NCBI GenBank assembly: GCA_040389905.1
Contig: JAZJZK010000005.1
Location: forward strand, 224,001-288,000
Reading direction: 5' to 3'
DNA length: 64,000 bases
Origin: Gemmatimonadota bacterium
GTDB lineage: Bacteria > Gemmatimonadota > Gemmatimonadetes > Gemmatimonadales > Gemmatimonadaceae
Position 1 is the first letter of the stretch. Each line of letters opens with the position of its first letter. A program made the translations under genes and the position numbers. The notes beneath the pieces were generated by a model. It was not told where the DNA came from, searched no databases, and saw only the letters and a program-made list of their open reading frames with translations. This document shows positions 38,564 through 47,821 of the stretch, piece after piece.

Positions 38564-39075
38564 CGCGCTCCGTCAGTGCGTCGAGATGGGTCAGTGAGGA
38601 GCATCCGCAACGCGCTCAAGACCCGCCGCGGATTGACGCGGTGCATCGCCATGCCTAACCAATACGCCGCTTCCTCCTGGCCCATTGCCTCGATCCCTTC
38701 CGCCACACGAAGCATGTTCTCCCGGCTCCGCATCGGCGCCAGCGTGCGAAAGAGCAGGCCAAGCATCAGCGCGAGATGCTCGGTCACGGCATACGAGCTC
38801 GGCTCTCCCTGCAAGAGCCCCGGCGTCCGAAGTGACCGCAGCTTCACCCCAGCGTTCGTCAGGCGACGCAGAACTCTGTGATGCACGAGATCGAGATTCC
38901 GACCGCGCAGGCCCGCAACCCGCACGGCCGAGCGAATGTGCGGTGTGGCGGGCGACGGGAGCTGCCAGATCTCGAGCTCATCGTCGCCAACACTCCAATT
39001 GCGCGCGCGCAGCTCATACTGCGGCGCCGATGCCTGCGTTTCGACATCGTACATCTTCAGGATGCCGGGCTTCAT
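38560..39075 (-). CDS. Small accessory protein of the restriction-like system (in the DUF3780 position)
   Basis: 171 aa with 4-bp overlaps to both neighbours; C-terminal IEAMGQEEAAYWLGM helical motif. Confidence 0.7.
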   Translation of the reverse strand: MKPGILKMYDVETQASAPQYELRARNWSVGDDELEIWQLPSPATPHIRSAVRVAGLRGRNLDLVHHRVLRRLTNAGVKLRSLRTPGLLQGEPSSYAVTEHLALMLGLLFRTLAPMRSRENMLRVAEGIEAMGQEEAAYWLGMAMHRVNPRRVLSALRMLLTDPSRRTDGAR

Positions 39076-42000
39076 GACATACCTCCGGCCTTGGTTTCTG
39101 CGGTGGCTGTGACGTAGGCCGTCCCAGCCGCGTACTTGGTGAGGCGATCGGCGAGCCGTTCAGGCGCGTCACTCGTCGTGAGCAAGCCTCCCTCGAAGGC
39201 GAGCTCAAACTCGGCGTTCAAGTCCTTCTCGCTGGCGGCGCGCAATTGCGGCTCGAGGAACTCCTTGAGCACCTGCGCATCGGTCGACGGCCCCTCGAAC
39301 TGGAACTCGAGCGTTCCGCCGTCTGTGGTTTCGTAGGCGCCCTTGAGCGTCACCGTCTTCTTTGCGCCCTGCACTGAGCCAATGACGCCGAGCAGCTTGA
39401 AGGCATCGCCGGCGTCGAACATCCGGATGCGTACGAGATGAATGCGCTCGATCTTTCGCTTCCGGGATTTTTCCCACAGCTGTGCGAGCGCTTCCTTCAA
39501 CACGCCTTCCGCAACAAGGAGATCGGCAGACGGTGCCGGAGGTGGTGGCTGCGGGGGCTGCACGCCGCCCGATTCGGGACTCCCTCCGGAAGCTGGCGGA
39601 GCAACTACGGGATCCGGCTTTGGCACCGGTCGCGGCCAGATCTCGCGCTCCTTGGCGAACGCCATCGTGAATACCGTCGACTGTTCGTCGACCACGATGC
39701 TCGTCTGCGGATCTCCCTCTCCATACAGGAGATCGCCGCGGCGATAGATGTACTCACCCTGCTCGACACCACGCCGGATTCCCGCGATGAAGACGTCGTC
39801 GCCAACGAGCATTGGCAGCGCTGGATCTCGACGAAACTCCTCGCGCAGCGCACGCGTGCTGATTTCGCCCTTCTTCAGCGGCGTGCGGTCGCGTACGTAC
39901 GACGGTGAATCGGGTTCATCGCCGCTAGTTCGCAGCTTGTGGGTGTCGCGGAGGGCGCGCTCCACCTGTCGCTGTCCCGCACCGGGGCTGGCACTTGCCG
40001 ACGGGACGTCTATCGCCGTGTGGCCAAGATCACAGTCGGCAGTTACACGATCACCGCGCGTTGGATAGAACACGTGTCGGTAGCACTGCTGGATCGCGAC
40101 GGCCACTTCCTGTTCCGACTTGCTCTCCAACTCGCGCACCTTTGCCTGCTGATGCTCGGCCAGGTCGCCGATGCGCTCCGCTTTCTTCAGCTCCTGGAGT
40201 GCGAGGCGTCGCTGCATCTTGTGCGTCATCTCGCTCGTGCGCGCCTCGTCAGCGGCGAGAAACACGAGCGCATTCCTATTCAGGCGAAGCGCCTTGTCGT
40301 CTGCGCCTTTGTGCTTGAAGATGCGTTCGATGAGCTGCGGAACGGCGTCGATGACACCCTGAACAGGGACGGCGGTGTAGCCGAGCAGCACGAGGAGCGG
40401 CCGGTTGTCTCCAATCTCGTCGGGCACTTCGTACGGGCCGCCGGGAAACGCAAGGAGATCGAATTTCGCGTCACCGGTTCGCGAGAAGATCACCCGGATG
40501 CGATCGCGTAACTGTGCGCGAATTTCCTCGGTATCCACCTGCGCTTCCTGACGCCGGATGATCTGCGTGAGGTTGGCCTCGGCGAGAAATCGCAGTGGCG
40601 AGCCGGGGCGATCGTCGAGATATGCCGACTCACCCATGAACCGCTTGCGTGCGTCGTCCGCGAACGCGATGTCGATTGCGGGCCCGATCATCGAGAAGCG
40701 CAGATGCTCCGGCGAAATGCCGCGCAACTGATCGTTGAAGGCGAGCGTGTTCACGAAGATCGTGCGGGCCGCGTATGCCGTGTACGGCGGAAGACCCTTG
40801 TAGTGGTCCGCGTCGATTTGCTGCGCGAGGGACTTGCTCCCGCTATCACTCGCCACATCGCGCTTGATCGCCGGCACGTACTGTATCTGGCCGAGCCGGG
40901 TGATCAGTTCCTGCCTGATCGACTCGTGGCCTACATCTATATGATGGACGTGAATGGCGTATGCGTCGGCCGGACGCTCCTTCCACAAATGCGCCACCGT
41001 GCGGGCGAGGAGCCGGAGCATTCCGCGCACGCGCTGGAAGTTCGAGATCGTCGCCAACTTCTCGGTCAGCGTATCGAGCACTTCCGGATGCAGCGGGTAC
41101 GACGCGAAGAACAGCTCAACGGTTTCGGCGCGCCCAGCCTCCGGAGAAAGCGCGCTCTCGTTCTGCTTCCACAGCGTGCGGTACGCGTCGACGACTGATG
41201 CGATCTGCGACTCGTCGATCTTCGAGAAGAGGCGCCGCCTGAGAACGTGAGCGGTCTCGTCGTCTTCCGTCGGATTCAACAGCGTTGCCTTTCGCGCCGA
41301 GATGCTCTCGGCCTCCGCCATGCGTTCGGCGATGAACTCGTTCTCGTCGCTGTACGCGTCGGACGAGCGGCTGTCCTTGCCGATCGCGAGCGTGTAGACG
41401 AGCGCCGCGTTCGATGTCCCTTCGATCGCCTTGAAGAGCGACGTAAGGAATGCGGAGAGCTGATCCTGCGCGAGGGAAAGCTTTCGGACTTTCCGCAGAT
41501 AGACGGAGAGCTCGTCGAGGAGAATGAGCGTCGGTTCTCCGCCGAAGAGTTCGCGAAGCGTTTCGGCGCCTGGTGCAATGCGCTGTTCGTCGCTTGCCCG
41601 AACGCGCTCGTAGCCGGCCGTTCCCGCGAGTGAGTAGGCGATCTCGCCCCATGGCGTGAAGGCCTTGATGCCCTCGCCCATGGTTCTTCCGTTCAACGGA
41701 TCTGCGTTCTCGCCATCGAATGCCGCAATGCGAACCGGCGTCTGCGGGAGAAGAGCAGGGTCGATGAATTCGGCGATCGTCTTGACGTTGCCCGCTCCGC
41801 GAGCGGCATGCACGAGCGCGATGAGGCCATGCGTCTTACCACCGCCGAACTGTGTGTCGAGCCGGAAGATCGACGCCGCTTCGCCACCCGCGCCGCTTAA
41901 CCGTCGGCAGACGTTGGAGAGGAGGTTCTTCAGGCCTCGCGTGGGATAGGTATTGTCGAAGAACCGGTCTGCGTCGCGGTACTCCTCCGGCGCGTTTCCA

Positions 42001-42101
42001 CGAATGACTTGCGCGAGGTCAGCAGCGAAGTCGGACTCGCTGATCGTTCCAGCGAGCACATCGGCGCGGGGAACGCAAAGATCGAAGATTCGTGGCGCCA
42101 T
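39072..42101 (-). CDS. DUF499 AAA+ ATPase
   Basis: FAADL, FFDNTYPT, Walker A TQFGGGKTH, ILLDEL, VLRRRLF, YPLHPE and FQRVRGMLRLLA. Start set at MAPRIFDLC. Confidence 0.93.
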   Translation of the reverse strand: MAPRIFDLCVPRADVLAGTISESDFAADLAQVIRGNAPEEYRDADRFFDNTYPTRGLKNLLSNVCRRLSGAGGEAASIFRLDTQFGGGKTHGLIALVHAARGAGNVKTIAEFIDPALLPQTPVRIAAFDGENADPLNGRTMGEGIKAFTPWGEIAYSLAGTAGYERVRASDEQRIAPGAETLRELFGGEPTLILLDELSVYLRKVRKLSLAQDQLSAFLTSLFKAIEGTSNAALVYTLAIGKDSRSSDAYSDENEFIAERMAEAESISARKATLLNPTEDDETAHVLRRRLFSKIDESQIASVVDAYRTLWKQNESALSPEAGRAETVELFFASYPLHPEVLDTLTEKLATISNFQRVRGMLRLLARTVAHLWKERPADAYAIHVHHIDVGHESIRQELITRLGQIQYVPAIKRDVASDSGSKSLAQQIDADHYKGLPPYTAYAARTIFVNTLAFNDQLRGISPEHLRFSMIGPAIDIAFADDARKRFMGESAYLDDRPGSPLRFLAEANLTQIIRRQEAQVDTEEIRAQLRDRIRVIFSRTGDAKFDLLAFPGGPYEVPDEIGDNRPLLVLLGYTAVPVQGVIDAVPQLIERIFKHKGADDKALRLNRNALVFLAADEARTSEMTHKMQRRLALQELKKAERIGDLAEHQQAKVRELESKSEQEVAVAIQQCYRHVFYPTRGDRVTADCDLGHTAIDVPSASASPGAGQRQVERALRDTHKLRTSGDEPDSPSYVRDRTPLKKGEISTRALREEFRRDPALPMLVGDDVFIAGIRRGVEQGEYIYRRGDLLYGEGDPQTSIVVDEQSTVFTMAFAKEREIWPRPVPKPDPVVAPPASGGSPESGGVQPPQPPPPAPSADLLVAEGVLKEALAQLWEKSRKRKIERIHLVRIRMFDAGDAFKLLGVIGSVQGAKKTVTLKGAYETTDGGTLEFQFEGPSTDAQVLKEFLEPQLRAASEKDLNAEFELAFEGGLLTTSDAPERLADRLTKYAAGTAYVTATAETKAGGMS

Positions 42102-42111
42102 TGAGTAGTGG

Positions 42112-42150
42112 TTCCCCAGGTTGGGGAATACTACTCCCCAAGATGGGGAA
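42112..42150. promoter_or_regulatory. Tandem palindromic operators between the DUF499 gene and the XRE gene
   Basis: TTCCCCA-GGT-TGGGGAA (42112-42128) and TCCCCA-AGA-TGGGGA (42135-42149), centres 22 bp apart. Confidence 0.75.
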
Positions 42151-42177
42151 TGAGCAACGGCTTCGCATGATCTGCGG

Positions 42178-42447
42178 ATGCCCAAAGAGCGGAGGCCGAG
42201 CGCCGTCCACGAGCCGGACTATCAGTATCTCATTGGTCGAATGCGCGAGGCACGCGAGGCGGCCGGCTTGACGCAGGCACAGGTGGCCAAAGAGCTCGAT
42301 AGGCCCCTCTCGTTCGTGTCCAAGTGCGAGCTCGGTGAACGAAGGCTCGATCCGATCGACTTGCGAGACTTCGCCGAGATCTATGAAAAACCGCTGGAGT
42401 TTTTCTATCCCACCCGTCGCGGCTCGAGGAAACGAAGCTCCGGCTGA
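42178..42447 (+). CDS. XRE-family HTH regulator (controller-protein-like)
   Basis: MREAREAAGLTQAQVAKELDRPLSFVSKCELGERRLD. Confidence 0.9.
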   Translation: MPKERRPSAVHEPDYQYLIGRMREAREAAGLTQAQVAKELDRPLSFVSKCELGERRLDPIDLRDFAEIYEKPLEFFYPTRRGSRKRSSG

Positions 42448-42502
42448 GGGGCAAACGCGGGTTAGCCGCAATACTGCTCAGTTGGGCGCGGGCGAGCGTC
42501 GA

Positions 42503-42594
42503 TTGTCACCCTGAGCGAGCGAAGCGAGTCAAAGGGTCTGCACCTCGTATACAGGTGGCAAGTGCAGATCCCTCGACTTCGCTCGGGATGACAA
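42503..42594. repeat. REP-like palindrome, A/B-related
   Basis: TTGTCACCCTGAGCGA...GGGTCTGCAC / GTGCAGATCCC...TCGCTCGGGATGACAA. Confidence 0.85.
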
Positions 42595-42628
42595 CCCTAA
42601 CTGAAGTGCATTGGGGCTAGCCGTTGGC

Positions 42629-43162
42629 CTAGCCGAACACCCGCGCCACCTCGAACGTCAGCGGCGACGACACGCCTTTGGGATGCCAGGTCATCGTCTC
42701 GCGGCTGACCACATCGGCCCTTCCCGGCGCCACCGACGTGACGGTCCGGTTCGCTCCGTCCACCATCCAGTATTCGTCAATGCCCGCATCCATGTAGAGT
42801 TCACGCTTCTCGACGAGATCATGCCGTCGCGTGCTCTGCGAATGGACTTCGACGACGAGTATCGGAAGCGGTGCGGTGTCCCACGTCATATCGGGTGTCG
42901 ATGGCAGCTCCCTCACCGCCAGGTCGGGCTGGACTTGAGAATCGGCGTGACGCACGACTCCATTGCCGCTGTGGACATAGCCGAGGCCTTGCTCCTCGAC
43001 ATAGCGGTCGAGAATCCGATGGAGCCGAGCCACGATCGTCTCGTGCGCAAAAGCGGGAGGCGGGCTCACGAGCAACTCCCCGCGAACCACCTCGTACGTG
43101 TTGCCGTCGTCAGGAAGGCTGTCCAGGTCAGCGATCGTCCATCGCTTGGTGTCCGTGGCCAT
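42629..43162 (-). CDS. Uma2 (DUF820) family endonuclease
   Basis: LPDDGNTYEVVRGEL, QPDL, LVVEVHSQSTRRHDLVEKRELY and GIDEYWMVD. Confidence 0.9.
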   Translation of the reverse strand: MATDTKRWTIADLDSLPDDGNTYEVVRGELLVSPPPAFAHETIVARLHRILDRYVEEQGLGYVHSGNGVVRHADSQVQPDLAVRELPSTPDMTWDTAPLPILVVEVHSQSTRRHDLVEKRELYMDAGIDEYWMVDGANRTVTSVAPGRADVVSRETMTWHPKGVSSPLTFEVARVFG

Positions 43163-43340
43163 AAGCATTCGGCATCCGTCCCTGGATTTGTGTGAAGTGT
43201 AGACATGCGCCAAGGATCGCATGTCGGCACCGGCAACGCGTCACCGATTCACCGCACGATGAATCGAAATCACTCCGCCGAGCCTACCCTCGGCGCAGTG
43301 GCCGAGTCAAGCGTCTGACGTCGTGCTCGCACGGCGCGAA

Positions 43341-44864
43341 CTACGCGCGCGCGACCCGCAGCACCTCATCAAGCGTGGTGACGCCGGCGCGCACGAGCCG
43401 CAGTCCGTCGTCCTGAAGGGTCCGCATCCCTTTCTTGATCGCCAGCTCGCGCAGCTCCTCGGATCCACGTCGCCCCTGAACCTCGAGTCGCAGCTCGTTG
43501 TCCATCACGAGCAACTCGTGAACGCCGGTGCGGCCGCGATAGCCGGTGCCTCGGCAGTTGTCGCATCCCTCGCCGCGATACACCGTCGACAATCCCAGCG
43601 CTTCGATATTCAGTCGCCGCGCTGCGCCCTTGTCCGGATGCGTTTCGACTTTGCAGTTCGGACAGATCACACGCACCAGTCGCTGCGCGAGAACGGCATC
43701 CACTGTACTCGCGACGAGATAGGCCGCCACACCAAGGTCCAGCAGACGCGTGAGCGCCGTCGGAGCGTCGTTCGTGTGCAACGTCGACAGTACCAAATGG
43801 CCAGTCAGTGCCGCCTGCGTCGCAATCTGCGCCGTTTCAGGGTCGCGAATTTCACCGACGAGAATGATGTCTGGATCCTGACGGAGCAGCGATCGCAACG
43901 CACTCGCAAACGTCACACCCACCTTTTCGTTCACCGGCACCTGCGGCACACCCGGCAGCTCGTACTCGACCGGGTCCTCGACGGTGAGGATCTTCTCGCG
44001 ACCCGTCCGCAACATCTCGACGGCGGCGTACAGCGTCGTCGTCTTCCCGGAGCCCGTCGGCCCCGTTGCGAGCACGATGCCGTGCGGACGTTGAATCACT
44101 TCGCTGAACAACTCGAAGGTGTCGTCCGCCATCCCGAGCTCGGGGAGCGTGACTCGGCCGCGCTCCTTGTCGAGGAGACGAAGCACGACGCTCTCGCCAC
44201 GCAACGTGGGCACCGTCGAGACACGAACGTCCACCTGCCGGTTCAGCAGCCGAAGCCGGATGCGACCATCCTGCGGCAACCGGCGTTCGGCGATGTCGAG
44301 CTCCGCCATGATCTTGAGACGGCTCACGATCGCCGCGGTGAGATGCGGCGGTGGCGAGGGCGCTGGCTGCAGCACGCCATCGACGCGATACCGCACGCGC
44401 AGTCCGTCGGCGTAGCCTTCGAGGTGGACGTCCGACGCACGCGCATCCAGCGCCTCGATCAGTAGCAGGTTCACCAGCCGGACGACTGGCGCCTCGTTCG
44501 CGAGGTGCAGCAGGTCGTCGAGTGGGAGGTCGTCCCCTTCGAGCACGCGCGCTTCGCCACTCAAGCCAGCGATCAGGCCCTCGGCGGTAACGGCTTCCTG
44601 CGCATACACCCGGCGAATGGCCGTCCGAAGATCGTGCTCCGAGAAGCGTTCGATTGTGAGGTCTGCGTCGAACAACAGACGCAAGTCGTCGAGCGCCAAC
44701 TGGTCGGGCAGGTCACTCCACGTGCCCACCACGAGTGAGCCGTCCTCGAGCCGCATGGGCAGAACAGCATGCTGTTCGAGCCAGTCGGCGGTGAGCGCAC
44801 CAGTGAGCCGCTCGACTTCGAGCAGTTCGCTGGCGGAGTGTTCAGTCACGGGCGTCGCGGCCAC
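43341..44864 (-). CDS. gspE: Type II secretion ATPase
   Basis: ASDVHLE, DIAERRLPQDGR, TGPTGSGKTTT, LRQDPD, TLHTN and CPNC/CDNC. GTG start at 44864 inferred. Confidence 0.95.
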   Translation of the reverse strand: MAATPVTEHSASELLEVERLTGALTADWLEQHAVLPMRLEDGSLVVGTWSDLPDQLALDDLRLLFDADLTIERFSEHDLRTAIRRVYAQEAVTAEGLIAGLSGEARVLEGDDLPLDDLLHLANEAPVVRLVNLLLIEALDARASDVHLEGYADGLRVRYRVDGVLQPAPSPPPHLTAAIVSRLKIMAELDIAERRLPQDGRIRLRLLNRQVDVRVSTVPTLRGESVVLRLLDKERGRVTLPELGMADDTFELFSEVIQRPHGIVLATGPTGSGKTTTLYAAVEMLRTGREKILTVEDPVEYELPGVPQVPVNEKVGVTFASALRSLLRQDPDIILVGEIRDPETAQIATQAALTGHLVLSTLHTNDAPTALTRLLDLGVAAYLVASTVDAVLAQRLVRVICPNCKVETHPDKGAARRLNIEALGLSTVYRGEGCDNCRGTGYRGRTGVHELLVMDNELRLEVQGRRGSEELRELAIKKGMRTLQDDGLRLVRAGVTTLDEVLRVARA

Positions 44865-44865
44865 G

Positions 44866-46701
44866 TTAGATCCGTTCAGGCGACGGACGCCGGCGCGTCG
44901 TATCCGCCGGCGTACCGGCAGGAGGCACACGCGGCGCCGGTGCGGGCGCGGCGGGCGACTGTTGCTTCGGCAACGCCTTCATGGAGTCGACGGCCGTGGT
45001 AATCTGTGATTGCACGTCTGCCGGTTGGAGAATATCGCTGCCGTTGCGCACCGCTTCGCGCAGGCGATCGATGTCCTCGTCGCTCGAGACAATATGAGGC
45101 GTGAGGAAGAGGTAGAACTCACTCACCCCTTCATTCTTCGTCGTGTTGCGAAAGAGCCAGCCGATGAGCGGAATGCGGCTCAAGTACGGAATGCCGGATT
45201 GGGTATTGTTGCGCGTGTTGTCCGACAGCCCGCCGATCACCGTCGTCTGGCCATCGCGGATGAAGATCTGCGTCGTCGCTTCGCGGGTGTCGATGATCGG
45301 CGCATCCGACACCAGCGTCGCCGTGGCGCTGTTGTTCGTTTGCTTCACCGCGAGGTTCACGTATCCATCGGGATTGATCGTTGGGGTGATCGTCAGGGTC
45401 GTGCCAACGTCCTGATACTGCACGGTGCTGACGCGATTGGTCGGATCGTTGGGCACGGTCTGCGACGTCTGTACGAAGGGAACGCGCTGGCCGACGTTCA
45501 GGATGGCTTCCTTGTTGTTTTGCCCGATGATCAACGGCAGCGAGAGAATCTTCACATCGCCACGCGTCTGAAGCGCGCTCAACGCGACTGAATAGCTCAC
45601 CGCGCCCTTGCCACCCGTGAGCGCGAAGATGAAGTCGCGCGCGCTGGCCGCCGTCGGCATGAATGCGGTGTCGGCTCCCGCACCCACCTTGCTGGTTTGA
45701 CGCCCCGAGATGCCGAGGCTGAAGTCGTGCGTGCGCGATACCTGTGCGATGCTGACTTCGATCAGCACCTGCAACGGACGAAGGTCCACAGTGGCGAGGA
45801 GTTGCTGGATGAGCAACCAGTCATCACTCGTTGCGCGCACGAGCAGCGAATTGGTGGACTCCTCCGCGACGATGCGAATGTTCTGCGCATTCTGAAGTGC
45901 GCCACCTCCTCCGGCGCCGCCCTGGCCGAACAACGCTTGCTGCATCTGTTGCGCAATGTTCTGAAGTGCGTTGGCGGCTCCGCCGCCGCCGCCACCACCA
46001 CCACCTCCGGGACCACCTCCGCGGCCCGGAGTGATGTTGATCGTCTGCCCCGGCTGGCCACCGCGACCTGGGATCTGGATGGTCTGCTGCGGAAGAACCT
46101 GGAAGCCACCAGGGCCCTGGTTGAGAATCGTCTGTTGTGCGTTACCGGCGCCGGTCAGGAGATTCATCAGGACCGGACCAAGCTGCACCGCACTCGCATG
46201 CTTGAGTCGATACGTGAAGAGACGAAGCTGCGTCGCGTTGGCAGTTTGTTGCTGTTGCTGCAACTGCTGGGCATTCGTTGTCGCTGGCGTGCCTTCGATG
46301 CGAATCAATGACGGCCCTTCAGTCATTTTCAATGCATTCGATTCCGCCACGCCCCTCAGTACGTCAACGGCGCCGGTCTTCGAGATTGCCTGACCCATGC
46401 GGAGCGTGATGCGCTTCGAGGGAATGTTGTTGAGTGTCAGGTTCAACCCACCTGCCTCGGCGATCGCCGACAATACGACGCGAAGCTCCTGCTCCTGAAA
46501 ATCGAGCACGAAGCCGTCGGGCGTCTTGCGAACCATCGACGTATCCGTCTTCGGTGGAGGCGTCTGTTGCGGTAATGGCGCGCGCTGCTGTCGTCCACGC
46601 TGCGCGCCGAGTGGCAGCGCAATGAGCAAGGCGAACACGAAAGACTGGCTTGTCGTCCTGAGTGCAGCGAAGGACCTGCACTGTGACGTCGAGACGGACA
46701 T
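44866..46701 (-). CDS. gspD: Type II secretion secretin
   Basis: N-domains (LDFQEQELR, EESTNSLLV); QVLIEV; DVGTTLTITPTI; VIGGL; SGIPYLSRIPLIGWLF; FLTPHIV. TAATG coupling at 46701. Confidence 0.92.
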   Translation of the reverse strand: MSVSTSQCRSFAALRTTSQSFVFALLIALPLGAQRGRQQRAPLPQQTPPPKTDTSMVRKTPDGFVLDFQEQELRVVLSAIAEAGGLNLTLNNIPSKRITLRMGQAISKTGAVDVLRGVAESNALKMTEGPSLIRIEGTPATTNAQQLQQQQQTANATQLRLFTYRLKHASAVQLGPVLMNLLTGAGNAQQTILNQGPGGFQVLPQQTIQIPGRGGQPGQTINITPGRGGGPGGGGGGGGGGAANALQNIAQQMQQALFGQGGAGGGGALQNAQNIRIVAEESTNSLLVRATSDDWLLIQQLLATVDLRPLQVLIEVSIAQVSRTHDFSLGISGRQTSKVGAGADTAFMPTAASARDFIFALTGGKGAVSYSVALSALQTRGDVKILSLPLIIGQNNKEAILNVGQRVPFVQTSQTVPNDPTNRVSTVQYQDVGTTLTITPTINPDGYVNLAVKQTNNSATATLVSDAPIIDTREATTQIFIRDGQTTVIGGLSDNTRNNTQSGIPYLSRIPLIGWLFRNTTKNEGVSEFYLFLTPHIVSSDEDIDRLREAVRNGSDILQPADVQSQITTAVDSMKALPKQQSPAAPAPAPRVPPAGTPADTTRRRPSPERI

Positions 46702-47207
46702 TATGCCCCTGGCTTGAGAGCGGGAATATCGAGTCGCTTGCTGGCCGACGTGAACACAACGCGGCCACGCTCGATGGATTTGACGGTGTACACGCCGATC
46801 TTGTCGCCGACACGGACGATGACCGGTTGTGCGTCGCCAAGCTGGCAGGTGGCGAAGCTGTACCCTTCGCCGATGTACGCCGTTCCGAGGACGATGGGAA
46901 TGGGCGGTTCGACCTTCGGTTCGGCCGGTTCGGCATCTTCCTCGCCAGGCAAACGATACGGCCGGTCGGGCGCGGAACGATCGACCGCGAACAGATCGTT
47001 CTCGACCGCCAGTCCGAGGTCGGCAGGAGTCTTCGGTGTCACGGCGCTGATCGCGGTCGACGCGTCGAACGGAACCGCGTGAATCGGCTCCGGCGCGGCC
47101 GGATTGAAGACGCGAACCAGCGTCCAAATCGCGATAACGGCGCTTGCAGCAAGGAATGCAACCGACGCACGCACGCCTGGGCGAGTGAGCATGTCGCGCT
47201 CGATCAC
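46701..47207 (-). CDS. T2SS-associated membrane protein (GspC/GspN-like position)
   Basis: N-terminal TM; ENDLFAVDRSAP; VRVGDKIGVYTVKSIERGRVVF resembles the PilP/GspC HR fold; operon position. Confidence 0.6.
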   Translation of the reverse strand: MIERDMLTRPGVRASVAFLAASAVIAIWTLVRVFNPAAPEPIHAVPFDASTAISAVTPKTPADLGLAVENDLFAVDRSAPDRPYRLPGEEDAEPAEPKVEPPIPIVLGTAYIGEGYSFATCQLGDAQPVIVRVGDKIGVYTVKSIERGRVVFTSASKRLDIPALKPGA

Positions 47208-47821
47208 GGCGTCCTCGCTTTCGGCGCGCTCATGGGCAGCACGCTATCCAGGCCGATGGCAAACCCCGTGACGGTCGCCGAAACCGCGAGCGCCTCGGAG
47301 CTGTCCTGCGCCCCGACTCGCGTGACGCGCGAGATATCCAACCGGTCGATGCGGACGAACTTCGTTCCCAACTCCAGTTCGTGCAGCATGGCAAGGACGC
47401 CTCGCAGGTCCGACTCGGCGCGCATCTCCACGCGTAGTGCGCGCACGCCACCAGGCGCCTGGACGGCGGGGCGCGTCGCGGCATCCTGCAGCCACACGTG
47501 GCTCGTCCGCGCGACGTCGCCGAGGTATGACGCGAGCTCCGCGCTGGCCATGACGTCGTCGCGACCCTCGAACAACCGCGGCTTCATGACGCGCATCGCC
47601 GAATCGGCCGTCTGGCGAAGCTTCGGATTCTTGCGCGCGGCATCGATTGCGGCGCGTTCACGCGCGAGTGCTTCCCGCTCGATCGTCAACTGCTGACGCG
47701 CATCGGACAGTGCCGCGAGGTATGGCTTCACGCCCCACACGAAAAAGAGAGCGGGGATCACGACACTCAAGCCGAGCGTGATTGCGCGCCGGTCCTTTGC
47801 GCCCATTGTGGAGAGGCTCAT
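47204..47821 (-). CDS. gspM: Type II secretion protein M (PilO-like)
   Basis: KDRRAITLG plus TM, coiled coil and ferredoxin-like C-terminus (LAMLHELE...VRIDRLDI); operon position. Confidence 0.75.
   Translation of the reverse strand: MSLSTMGAKDRRAITLGLSVVIPALFFVWGVKPYLAALSDARQQLTIEREALARERAAIDAARKNPKLRQTADSAMRVMKPRLFEGRDDVMASAELASYLGDVARTSHVWLQDAATRPAVQAPGGVRALRVEMRAESDLRGVLAMLHELELGTKFVRIDRLDISRVTRVGAQDSSEALAVSATVTGFAIGLDSVLPMSAPKARTP

Noticed and set aside
32095..42101. Calling the defence operon BREX, DISARM or type III R-M
   Set aside because: No PglZ, BrxL, DrmA/B or Mod/Res signatures. The DUF499 plus DUF1156 content fits the restriction-like class instead.
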